From a virus (taxonomy: Duplodnaviria; Caudoviricetes), in the IMG/VR virus record IMGVR_UViG_3300032373_000046, positions 1-38,742 of that record: a stretch of 38,742 bases of DNA; one strand, written 5' to 3'. The notes beneath the pieces are model-generated. The model was given only the letters and a program-made list of their open reading frames with translations, was not told where the DNA came from and ran no database searches. Within the stretch, counting starts at the first letter, position 1. Each line of letters starts with the position of its first letter. The translations under genes were made by a program, and so were the position numbers. This document shows, one piece after another, positions 18,478-25,618 of the stretch.

Positions 18478-19530
18478 TTTACCTTCTGCAATTCCAGCTA
18501 TTTGGGCCTGGTTTACATCCCTTGTATAGTGCTCAATTTCACTCAATGATTTATGCCCGGTGATGGATGCTATTTCATGCGGTGTGCACCCTGCCTCTGC
18601 AAGCCTTCTAGCTGCCGCTTTTCTCAAACCGTGAGCGCTGCAATGTTTCAATCCGGCCTCATCGCACCACTTGCGAAATCGGTTTCCAAAGCCTTTTGCA
18701 GAGAACGGCGTACCATGCTCAGTAACTATGAATGTCATGTTATCTTTTGGCAGTGATGCAAGTAATGCTTGGTGCAACGGTATCCATAGATAAGTGCCAG
18801 TCTTTTGCTGGCGCACACGAATCATCGAGCCTTTAAGGTGCTGCCTACCCATTTTCACTACATCACACCGCCTCTGTGCCGTGTACAGCAGTAAGTCAAA
18901 GGTTAACCGGGCTTTGGTGCCGGTAGGATGCTTTGCCTCATAGGTCGCTATTTCTCCCTCGGTCCAAGTGTGGTGTCCTGCGGTTTTCTTTCTATACATT
19001 CGCACATGGTCGCAGGGGTTGTCTTCCCTCATGCCAATCTCTGCTGCGAACCTCATTAATATACGGAGTTTCTTAAACAAATTATTAGCCGCCTGCGGTC
19101 TATCTGACATTTTAGCCATGATTGCCTGAATATGCTTACGCTCTATTCCCTTCGCTGGCTTGTCGCCATGTTCGGCAAGAAATTTTTCAATGATAATACG
19201 GTATGTGTTTTTGGTGGTGTCGGCCAAATCGAGGAAATATGGCGACCGATAGTAAAGCGAAACAAGGGCTTTCATACTGCCTGGTATAACTTTAGCCTCA
19301 CCTATCTCTGGTCGCTGACCTGATACACAATAATCATATTCTTGCTGAAACTCTGGCGTGCCAAAGGAGCTTTGGAAGTAGTAACTAAACGCGCCTTTTC
19401 TATACCGATACCGCCGCTTTCCGTGGCGATCAGGGAAGGCGCTAACACGTTCTGGCAATCCATTCCGTTTAAGTTTCAAGTACGGTGTCCCACTCTTGAG
19501 AATCCTTGCTGGCATTAACAGGCGATCCAC
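18436..19530 (-). CDS. int: Tyrosine integrase (true start probably TTG at 19479)
   Basis: Catalytic residues in TAQRRCD (R), QQKTG (K), HGLRK (HxxR), TGHKS (H), EHYT (Y). Confidence 0.95.
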   Translation of the reverse strand: MDRLLMPARILKSGTPYLKLKRNGLPERVSAFPDRHGKRRYRYRKGAFSYYFQSSFGTPEFQQEYDYCVSGQRPEIGEAKVIPGSMKALVSLYYRSPYFLDLADTTKNTYRIIIEKFLAEHGDKPAKGIERKHIQAIMAKMSDRPQAANNLFKKLRILMRFAAEIGMREDNPCDHVRMYRKKTAGHHTWTEGEIATYEAKHPTGTKARLTFDLLLYTAQRRCDVVKMGRQHLKGSMIRVRQQKTGTYLWIPLHQALLASLPKDNMTFIVTEHGTPFSAKGFGNRFRKWCDEAGLKHCSAHGLRKAAARRLAEAGCTPHEIASITGHKSLSEIEHYTRDVNQAQIAGIAEGKLSNLRAGLDKKTK

Positions 19531-19651
19531 ACACTATATCTATCTTGCCGCTTGGATCAATAGAGACACGTTGCACTGCAACACCGGCAGCTTGAACGCC
19601 TTTAACAGCGCGCTTCACGTCAACCTCTTTAAATTTGGCCGGTGCCGTCAC
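19469..19651 (-). CDS. xis: Putative excisionase / recombination directionality factor
   Basis: 60 aa overlapping int start; F...DVKRAVK...AAG..V.R..I...G.I and C-terminal EWD pattern common upstream of alphaproteobacterial prophage integrases. Confidence 0.6.
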   Translation of the reverse strand: MTAPAKFKEVDVKRAVKGVQAAGVAVQRVSIDPSGKIDIVCGSPVNASKDSQEWDTVLET

Positions 19652-19661
19652 TCAATACCCT

Positions 19662-19754
19662 TTATTTAAACGTGTCCAATTTCCATATCCAAAGGCCAGC
19701 AACCCACATTAAGGTTGCTCCAATCACTACCCATTGCCAGAAGTCATGATCCAT
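19662..19754 (-). CDS. 30-aa membrane peptide (array unit 1)
   Basis: Not in ORF track; MDHDFWQWVVIGATLMWVAGLWIWKLDTFK; AAGGA RBS and array motif upstream. Confidence 0.6.
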   Translation of the reverse strand: MDHDFWQWVVIGATLMWVAGLWIWKLDTFK

Positions 19755-20310
19755 TGTCTGTGTCCTTTGACCGGCCCTTTTTGTCACCTCTCAAGGCTTG
19801 CCACATCGCTGACACATATTTGGCCTGGTGGATGGCATCAGCTAGGGCATCATGTTTCACGCCTTCAAACTCAAAATCTTCTTTGCTAATGATGCCTTCT
19901 GCACAATCGACAATGGTGCGAACATCGCGTACATTCCAGAAGGTCCAAGGGATACGCATTTCGTGTTGGCGATAAAGGTCTTCCAACATCGAGATGTCAA
20001 ATACAGCGCCGTTACCCCAAACAACCGCACCCACTGATAAGAATTCGGTGAGCAGCTCCAAAGCTGATATTTGGCTCGTACCGAAATCTTCGAGTAACGC
20101 TTGGCGGGCATCCTCGCTTTGGGTGAGCCACCACTTCACAGTGGCAGGGTCTATGGCGCGACCCTCACAAGCACTTTCAAAATCAAGTTTGTCATGCAGG
20201 GTGCGACCTGTTTCCCCTGTTTCAGGATCAAAAAATACTGCCCCGATTGAGAGAATGGGCGCTTGTGGTGAAGTGCCTAGCGTTTCCAGATCGATCATTA
20301 CGTGTTTCAT
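19744..20310 (-). CDS. 3'-5' exonuclease, DEDDh family (array unit 2)
   Basis: MIDLETLG, ILSIGAV, WGNG..FD, RDVRT, HDALADA.HQA motifs. Confidence 0.88.
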   Translation of the reverse strand: MKHVMIDLETLGTSPQAPILSIGAVFFDPETGETGRTLHDKLDFESACEGRAIDPATVKWWLTQSEDARQALLEDFGTSQISALELLTEFLSVGAVVWGNGAVFDISMLEDLYRQHEMRIPWTFWNVRDVRTIVDCAEGIISKEDFEFEGVKHDALADAIHQAKYVSAMWQALRGDKKGRSKDTDNGS

Positions 20311-20555
20311 TTTTCGTCTCCAGAATTAAGCGGGCCTTTAATGGCACCCTGAAGCTGCTCAAGGTAATTGAATTTCGGCAAGTCAACCCAGTCGGGTTCA
20401 TTTTCCCCTTGCTCGTACATGTAACAGGCATCGCAGACGAGCTGGCCGTTATGGATGCGGAACTCATCTTCAGGGTAAGAAGACTCGGTAGCGCAAGTTG
20501 CATCGCGACAGCTAAAAAGCGGTGTCGGCAAAGAATTTAATTTGGGTACGCTCAT
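20307..20555 (-). CDS. Small Cys-containing (possibly Zn-binding) hypothetical protein (unit 3)
   Basis: CRDATC...VCDACY; AAGGA RBS; motif upstream. Confidence 0.65.
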   Translation of the reverse strand: MSVPKLNSLPTPLFSCRDATCATESSYPEDEFRIHNGQLVCDACYMYEQGENEPDWVDLPKFNYLEQLQGAIKGPLNSGDEK

Positions 20556-20767
20556 TTCACCAAGTCCTTTGACCGGGGTTGTTTGTCATAAAATTCGTTT
20601 TCTAATGCGGCGGTCATCCGACTACGCACCGCACCCTTTGGCAAAAGCGTGAAACCAGCCTTAAGAGCCGCTATTCCTAGATGAACTCGCAAGATTGAAA
20701 ACTGACCTCGCACACGAATGATCGCAATCCGATAACAGTGCTTAATCTCTATCGCCGCTGCTTTCAT
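20552..20767 (-). CDS. Hypothetical protein (unit 4)
   Basis: AAGGTG RBS; ATGA-coupled at both ends. Confidence 0.6.
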   Translation of the reverse strand: MKAAAIEIKHCYRIAIIRVRGQFSILRVHLGIAALKAGFTLLPKGAVRSRMTAALENEFYDKQPRSKDLVK

Positions 20768-21069
20768 AGCTGATCACCTTGGCGGGGTTTGTTGGTCCGT
20801 TCTACCGTGATAACAAAATCACCAAATTCTCCAGCCGCGTCACTAACCTGATCAAGTCGATATTCGGCGCTCCCTGCGTTGCAATCATTCACCAGCCGAA
20901 GCAGCGAAATGATGGCGGCACCAGCAAGCAAAGTCTTAACATTGGCGTCACGTTGATTGATCTGTTCCGCTGTCACAAGAAGGTGTCGCGTAATATCAGC
21001 CACTAGCTTGTCAGGCGCTTCTGCCCAAGACAGATCGCGTTCATCATCAGAAAGAATTAGCTCACTCAT
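20764..21069 (-). CDS. Hypothetical protein (unit 5)
   Basis: GGAG RBS; ATGA-coupled. Confidence 0.65.
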   Translation of the reverse strand: MSELILSDDERDLSWAEAPDKLVADITRHLLVTAEQINQRDANVKTLLAGAAIISLLRLVNDCNAGSAEYRLDQVSDAAGEFGDFVITVERTNKPRQGDQL

Positions 21070-21344
21070 CGGCTGTCTCCATCAAGGCGGCCTATAATGA
21101 CACTCTGGCCGTCTGCAAGGGGCAGGGTTATTTTGGAAGCGCCTGAGTGCTTCTGTAATGCTGTAACGGACACCCTGACCTGCTCTTCAAGCACAACGCG
21201 GGTTTGCTCCCATTCGTCATCTTCAATGTTGATTGGCACCCCATGTTTTTCCAGATAGTCCAACCAGTGTTCGTGCTGCTCATTGGTCAACTGACCGTCA
21301 AACAGCAGTGGAACGACGTTGCTTTCTCCGTTCTCGGACATCAC
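21066..21344 (-). CDS. Hypothetical acidic protein (unit 6)
   Basis: GGAGG RBS, GTG/ATG start. Confidence 0.65.
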   Translation of the reverse strand: MMSENGESNVVPLLFDGQLTNEQHEHWLDYLEKHGVPINIEDDEWEQTRVVLEEQVRVSVTALQKHSGASKITLPLADGQSVIIGRLDGDSR

Positions 21345-21387
21345 TTTTCCTCCGTGACAGGCGTTGGGCGTTGTTTGGCGCTGTTTC

Positions 21388-21750
21388 TCATGGTGCTTTC
21401 TCAGCGGCCCGCAAGTCTGCTACTTCGTCGGCAAGAGAAGCGTTTTTTCCTGTAATGCGGTCTTCAACCGCTCGCTGTAGATCAATGATGCCATTCGGGC
21501 ATGTATTCGCCATTCGTAGGGCGCATATCACCATGTCCGCGACGTACTTTTGCACTGCCTCATGCTCAAATTCATGGCCGCCATGTTCGGCTTTATCGAT
21601 TACCGTAGCCAGCCCGCCGCAAGCCTTGACGATATGCAAAAGACCATGATCAAAGTCTTTATGTGTCTGCGGGTTGGCGCGAAAATCACGGTGATAATGC
21701 GCGGTCCAAGGCAGGCTTGATTGCAGTTCCCGTATGGTTTTATCGGTCAT
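21388..21750 (-). CDS. MazG-like all-alpha NTP-pyrophosphatase-fold protein, degenerate (unit 7)
   Basis: Start at MTDKTIRELQ after GGAG; pattern LLHIV..CGGLA...VADMVICALRMA...IDLQRAV..RI resembles MazG helices but lacks canonical EXXE. Confidence 0.45.
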   Translation of the reverse strand: MTDKTIRELQSSLPWTAHYHRDFRANPQTHKDFDHGLLHIVKACGGLATVIDKAEHGGHEFEHEAVQKYVADMVICALRMANTCPNGIIDLQRAVEDRITGKNASLADEVADLRAAEKAP

Positions 21751-21934
21751 TTTCATCTCCAGAATTAAGCGGGCGTTGTTTGGCAGGTTCTTCGATACCC
21801 AGTTCATCAAGTAACTCTTGCCTGCCTTCCTGCTTCCACTTTTCAGCATCGTCAGAAAGGCTGACGGTTAAGCCGGGCCATCTGCTTTCTATGTCAGACT
21901 TGAATGCCTCGAACTCAGTTCTATCAACTGCCAT
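21740..21934 (-). CDS. Hypothetical protein (unit 8)
   Basis: Start at MAVDRTEFE after GGAGG RBS. Confidence 0.6.
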   Translation of the reverse strand: MAVDRTEFEAFKSDIESRWPGLTVSLSDDAEKWKQEGRQELLDELGIEEPAKQRPLNSGDENDR

Positions 21935-22268
21935 TGTCGCCTCCGTCCGTTGATGGGCGTTTGTTGGACGGTGCTGCGTCATAGATGCAGATTTCCGCCA
22001 TATCTTCTTCAAGGGTTCCATAAACCGCCTGAATATCGATCTGCTGCTCACGCGGAAATTGATGGCCTTTCATTTTATGAAATGCGTGAATTGAACCAGA
22101 CAATCGATCTTTCTTGCCATAGCCTTTTGATAGCGTGACACGGCGACCGGGCGTGCAAGTGTCTGCATTCCATCGAGGGCCATGTAGCCTGATTTCCGAA
22201 AGCTTTGATCCGTCGGCGAAAGCTTCATAGTATTGCGTTTTGAGCGGTATAAAGAGGGGCTTACGCAT
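21924..22268 (-). CDS. ASCH-domain protein (unit 9)
   Basis: Start at MRKPLFIPLK; L...YYEAF.DGSK.SEIR matches the ASCH GxKxxExR signature. Confidence 0.72.
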   Translation of the reverse strand: MRKPLFIPLKTQYYEAFADGSKLSEIRLHGPRWNADTCTPGRRVTLSKGYGKKDRLSGSIHAFHKMKGHQFPREQQIDIQAVYGTLEEDMAEICIYDAAPSNKRPSTDGGDNGS

Positions 22269-22548
22269 CGGCGTTATCCTTTGGGCGTTGTTTGGCATCT
22301 ACCTCTTGCCATAGTTTCTGCAAGCAGCTTTGGTATCTAGCTTCGTCATTAAAAAAACCAGAACTTGAATATCTGTGCTGTTTACAGGGTGGTTCGGGGT
22401 GCATGTAAGAATAAAGCAGCCAATATCCACCACCGAAATAGAGTGCGCCAATTATCAAAAATGGAGCGGTGTTTGCTGTTTTGGATGCGGTCCATATTAA
22501 TACCAAGATCGCACCGATCAGATACAAGAAGAAGGCTATCATAGCCAT
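22261..22548 (-). CDS. Two-TM membrane protein (unit 10)
   Basis: Two hydrophobic helices then a Cys pair; AGGAG RBS. Confidence 0.65.
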   Translation of the reverse strand: MAMIAFFLYLIGAILVLIWTASKTANTAPFLIIGALYFGGGYWLLYSYMHPEPPCKQHRYSSSGFFNDEARYQSCLQKLWQEVDAKQRPKDNADA

Positions 22549-22757
22549 TATTTCTGCTCCTGATTAGATGGGCGTCTTTTGTCACTTCCTGAAAACATCC
22601 AGTTAATTATCTTGACCATTGTATATTGATCAGCGGCTTTACCATTTTCGAGGCGGCACATTGTTGAAGGCAAAACGCCAATTTCTTTTGCAAGATCGCG
22701 TTGGTTTAAGTCGTTCATGGTTCGATACAAAACCAGTAGTTTTCCGACCTTATTCAT
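22548..22757 (-). CDS. XRE-family HTH protein (unit 11)
   Basis: LNQRDLAKEIGV.PSTMCRLENGK. Confidence 0.85.
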   Translation of the reverse strand: MNKVGKLLVLYRTMNDLNQRDLAKEIGVLPSTMCRLENGKAADQYTMVKIINWMFSGSDKRRPSNQEQK

Positions 22758-23041
22758 GTCTGATTACCTTGTGGGGGTTGTTTGTCACCTGTGAACATTT
22801 CAGGTTTTTGCTTGAGCCGGACTCCTGTCCACGGATAACTCATGTCTACGAGTACGATGTCAGGGTCTCCGCAAAGCTGCCCAAACCAAATAGCTGTTTG
22901 CTCTGTCTCTGTGGCGTCAAAAACAGAGAACCTACCGGCCTTTAATGCAGCAGACTTGACCTCTTCATAAGAAGCCGCGTCGTCGCAAGTGGTGAAGCAG
23001 TCCACCACCCCCAAGCTAACTTTGGTCGCTGGCTTATGCAT
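22754..23041 (-). CDS. Hypothetical protein (unit 12)
   Basis: AAGGAG RBS; coupled to neighbours. Confidence 0.65.
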   Translation of the reverse strand: MHKPATKVSLGVVDCFTTCDDAASYEEVKSAALKAGRFSVFDATETEQTAIWFGQLCGDPDIVLVDMSYPWTGVRLKQKPEMFTGDKQPPQGNQT

Positions 23042-23321
23042 CGGTGTCTCCTTTTAGCCGGCGTTGTTTGTCACTTTTCAAAGCATCCAGATCGGCAAGC
23101 CTGCCAATCATCACTTGTTTGCTTTTTTCAAGTTGTTCAATCTCTTTGACGAAATGGTCCCGAACCGTTGAAATCGGGATCGGGCAAACAGCACAGTTCT
23201 GGCAAATTTCTTCTGCCTCTTTCTCGCTGTACAAACCCGCGTCACGAATATGAACGGTGTACCCCTGCGAGTTCGGGCGATAATACACGCCGCGCTTTTT
23301 CAGTAGGTATTGTTCAACCAT
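23034..23321 (-). CDS. Conserved phage hypothetical protein (unit 13)
   Basis: YYRPNSQGYT....AGLYS..EA motif recurrent in phage accessory proteins; GGAG RBS. Confidence 0.68.
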   Translation of the reverse strand: MVEQYLLKKRGVYYRPNSQGYTVHIRDAGLYSEKEAEEICQNCAVCPIPISTVRDHFVKEIEQLEKSKQVMIGRLADLDALKSDKQRRLKGDTDA

Positions 23322-23396
23322 TGTCAGAACTCCGGGGTTGTTTGGCAGGCTTCGGTAAATCCAAAAGCTTGCCGTATTTCATTGCACCGCGATTGA

Positions 23397-24221
23397 TTAG
23401 ACATCGAACGCCTCCTGTGAAAAACAGGCTGCAGACTGGTTTTTGCCCTTGGAATAACAGGCTACAGACTGGTTTTTTGCTGCTTCGCCAAATCTCTTGG
23501 CCATCCATGTTGGAACGCCGTTTCCGATAGCGGTGTAAACCTGTTTGTCCCAATCGCTTTTCGTCCCGTCGAACCAATCGGGGGCAAAGGTCCACTGATA
23601 AGGAACTTGATCTAAGCCCATTGCGCGGGCGCATTCACGTATTGTGAGTTTCCGGCCAAAGTGGCGGCTGGCGCGCCGCGTATCGGTCGCGCACCCTTTG
23701 TATTCAGAGCCTGTTATGCAGGGCGGTAAGTTCCGTTCGCGGTAGTGAGGCTTGAAAGGGAAATCTGTTTCAGGTGCCGGGTATGTACCACCCACAATGC
23801 GTTGCCTGTTGTGACGGGCTTCTTTCCATTGTGCGGCATTCCAGGCAGTACCCCAATCATTGCCCTTGTTACCCTGTAGTTTGATGTTTTCAACCCACAG
23901 CGCCTGCAAATGCGGATAGCGCCCCATGAGGTCTAATGACCATTCTAAAAGGTCTTCTGCAAATTCACCTTGCGCTGGACCTTGAGTGCGCGCCGAACTT
24001 CTTTTCTGGCATGGTGGAGACGCCCAAACGGCATCAGCCCAATTGATGATTTTCGCCGCTTTCTCTGAGCGCACATCATCCAAAAGGCATGGCCCATATC
24101 CGAGAAACTGACCTAGATAATGTGCGACAGGGTTAAGCTCGACACCGTGGCAAATATGCCCGGCTTGCTCCAAACCCCAACGGGCGAAACCCGCGCCATC
24201 AAAGAGAACGGCAATACGCAT
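23397..24221 (-). CDS. DNA (cytosine-5)-methyltransferase, orphan
   Basis: Motif I LFDGAG, IV SPPCQ, VI VENI, VIII RQR, IX TIRECAR, X IGNGV. Confidence 0.85.
   Translation of the reverse strand: MRIAVLFDGAGFARWGLEQAGHICHGVELNPVAHYLGQFLGYGPCLLDDVRSEKAAKIINWADAVWASPPCQKRSSARTQGPAQGEFAEDLLEWSLDLMGRYPHLQALWVENIKLQGNKGNDWGTAWNAAQWKEARHNRQRIVGGTYPAPETDFPFKPHYRERNLPPCITGSEYKGCATDTRRASRHFGRKLTIRECARAMGLDQVPYQWTFAPDWFDGTKSDWDKQVYTAIGNGVPTWMAKRFGEAAKNQSVACYSKGKNQSAACFSQEAFDV
23423..23477. repeat. 22-bp direct repeat pair, 33-bp period, in the MTase 3' end at the head of the array
   Basis: AACAGGCTGCAGACTGGTTTTT (23423-23444) and AACAGGCTACAGACTGGTTTTT (23456-23477). Confidence 0.85.
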
Positions 24222-24255
24222 TACAAATTACCTTTCGTGACAAACAGGGACGCCA

Positions 24256-24573
24256 TTATTCTGACCCTCCGATTAACTGGCCTATCGTCGGCCCTTTGAA
24301 TGTCGTGATGGGGAGCGCGCCAACAATTTCTTCGTCGGGGAAAACCGGCGTTTCGCTCCATTCCAATTGAAAATTAAAACCCATTGAGCCGTCAGGATTG
24401 AAGGTCCATTTTCCTGCGTTCGGGATATGAACATGGGGCAATTGGTCAACCAAATCGAAGACCTGTTTTTTCGTGCACCGGCACATTCTCGATAACTCTG
24501 AAATCCAGATCGGACCGCAGGCTTTTACAATGCGGGTTATCTTTTCACCGCGTTCAACAGATGACCGGCTCAT
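24256..24573 (-). CDS. Hypothetical protein, possible winged-helix DNA-binding domain
   Basis: GPIWISELSRMCRCTKKQVFDLVDQL is HTH-like. Confidence 0.55.
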   Translation of the reverse strand: MSRSSVERGEKITRIVKACGPIWISELSRMCRCTKKQVFDLVDQLPHVHIPNAGKWTFNPDGSMGFNFQLEWSETPVFPDEEIVGALPITTFKGPTIGQLIGGSE

Positions 24574-25103
24574 GATGATGCCAGCTTTAGAAAAGAAGTG
24601 CCAACCTGCTTGGCCTCTGTTAGCTCTTTGTAAGAGTTTTTTTTGTCTTCCATCGTGTAAACAGCACTCTCAAGGTTGTCGATTACATAGCCGGGGCCGA
24701 TATTAACAATCGCAATCGCGTGGTATACCCACTCGTATGATTGAGGATCGCGGGTGTATCCAACATAAACCGCAGCCCTTCCCGCAAGGCGAGGGTATGT
24801 TTCATTAAACAGGTTGACCGCAGCTATAGCCCAATCTTCACAGTCGCCAATGCCGTTGACCCGACAATCCTGCCAATAATCAGGCTGTCCATAATATTCA
24901 GAATCAAAGTTTTCACCGCCCGCCAAATATCCTTGCTCGCACTGTGCGGCTATTTTCTTGCGAATGTTTTTGTTTAGCTCGCTTCGTGAGGGAACTTCGT
25001 GCGAAAGCGGGTCAATATATTCAGGCTCGGTACTCTTGCGACCACCCAAGAAACTCAGGCCAGCTACAACAAGTATCAGTGAAATGATTAGTATGCGTTT
25101 CAT
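24570..25103 (-). CDS. Membrane-anchored transglutaminase-like cysteine protease (BTLCP / peptidase C93, LapG-like)
   Basis: N-terminal signal/TM; DYWQ, GDCEDWAIA (Cys), HAIAIV (His), VIDN (Asp). Confidence 0.75.
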   Translation of the reverse strand: MKRILIISLILVVAGLSFLGGRKSTEPEYIDPLSHEVPSRSELNKNIRKKIAAQCEQGYLAGGENFDSEYYGQPDYWQDCRVNGIGDCEDWAIAAVNLFNETYPRLAGRAAVYVGYTRDPQSYEWVYHAIAIVNIGPGYVIDNLESAVYTMEDKKNSYKELTEAKQVGTSFLKLASS

Positions 25104-25618
25104 GGTAAATGACTCCAGGTATGCCCTTTTCGAATATTCACCACCGTCCCAACTGAAAGCCCATACTCTGAGGCTATATCTGCAAGCTTCTTTCCTGAGC
25201 GTTTTATGGCGATGGCTTTAGAGCGGGTTAATTTACTATTTGGGTTTCTGCCGCCGCGTTGCGCGGTGCCGTGTTTTAGCTTGTCCGCGTGATTTTCTTT
25301 TCGTGTAGCCCAGCGCAAATTTGATGCAGCGTTAAAGTGCCTGTTGCCGTCAATGTGTGCTACTTCATGAAATGGTGACGGGGCGCTCCCAATAAACGCT
25401 TCAGCAACCAGACGATGTACAGACATACGCTTAACCCCACCAGAGCCATGCAGTCCAATGCGCACATATCCGTTTTTCTCAACAGCCAAACGCAATATTC
25501 TACCAACTTTACAGAAGTTGTTACCGCCCGGCTTTGATCGACGAACGCGCCCTAGGTTGCTAACCTCATAACAATCAAACCCTGGGGCCGCGCGCCATTC
25601 TTCAGAATGGAATTTCAT
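25100..25618 (-). CDS. NUMOD4-HNH homing endonuclease
   Basis: EEWR..PGF..YEVSNLGRVR (NUMOD4); VHRLVAEAF, HIDGN...N...NLRW.T..EN (HNH); C-terminal HTH. Confidence 0.9.
   Translation of the reverse strand: MKFHSEEWRAAPGFDCYEVSNLGRVRRSKPGGNNFCKVGRILRLAVEKNGYVRIGLHGSGGVKRMSVHRLVAEAFIGSAPSPFHEVAHIDGNRHFNAASNLRWATRKENHADKLKHGTAQRGGRNPNSKLTRSKAIAIKRSGKKLADIASEYGLSVGTVVNIRKGHTWSHLP

Larger units (their letters stand above)
19771..23347 (-). repeat. 13 dispersed copies of a 16-bp start-associated motif, consensus TGMCAAACAACSCCSR
   Basis: Copies begin (lowest coordinate) at 19771, 20331, 20573, 20782, 21087, 21365, 21770, 21954, 22282, 22569, 22772, 23058, 23332; all same orientation, one per gene junction. 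Confidence 0.9.

Noticed and set aside
19771-23347. Array motif as a CRISPR repeat
   Set aside because: Repeats are only 16 bp and degenerate, spacing is roughly 180-560 bp and filled with full ORFs, and no cas genes are present.
18436-23347. Classical integron (IntI plus attC)
   Set aside because: Motifs lack the paired RYYYAAC/GTTRRRY ends and long imperfect hairpin of attC; the integrase has its own attP and xis and looks like an ordinary phage integrase.
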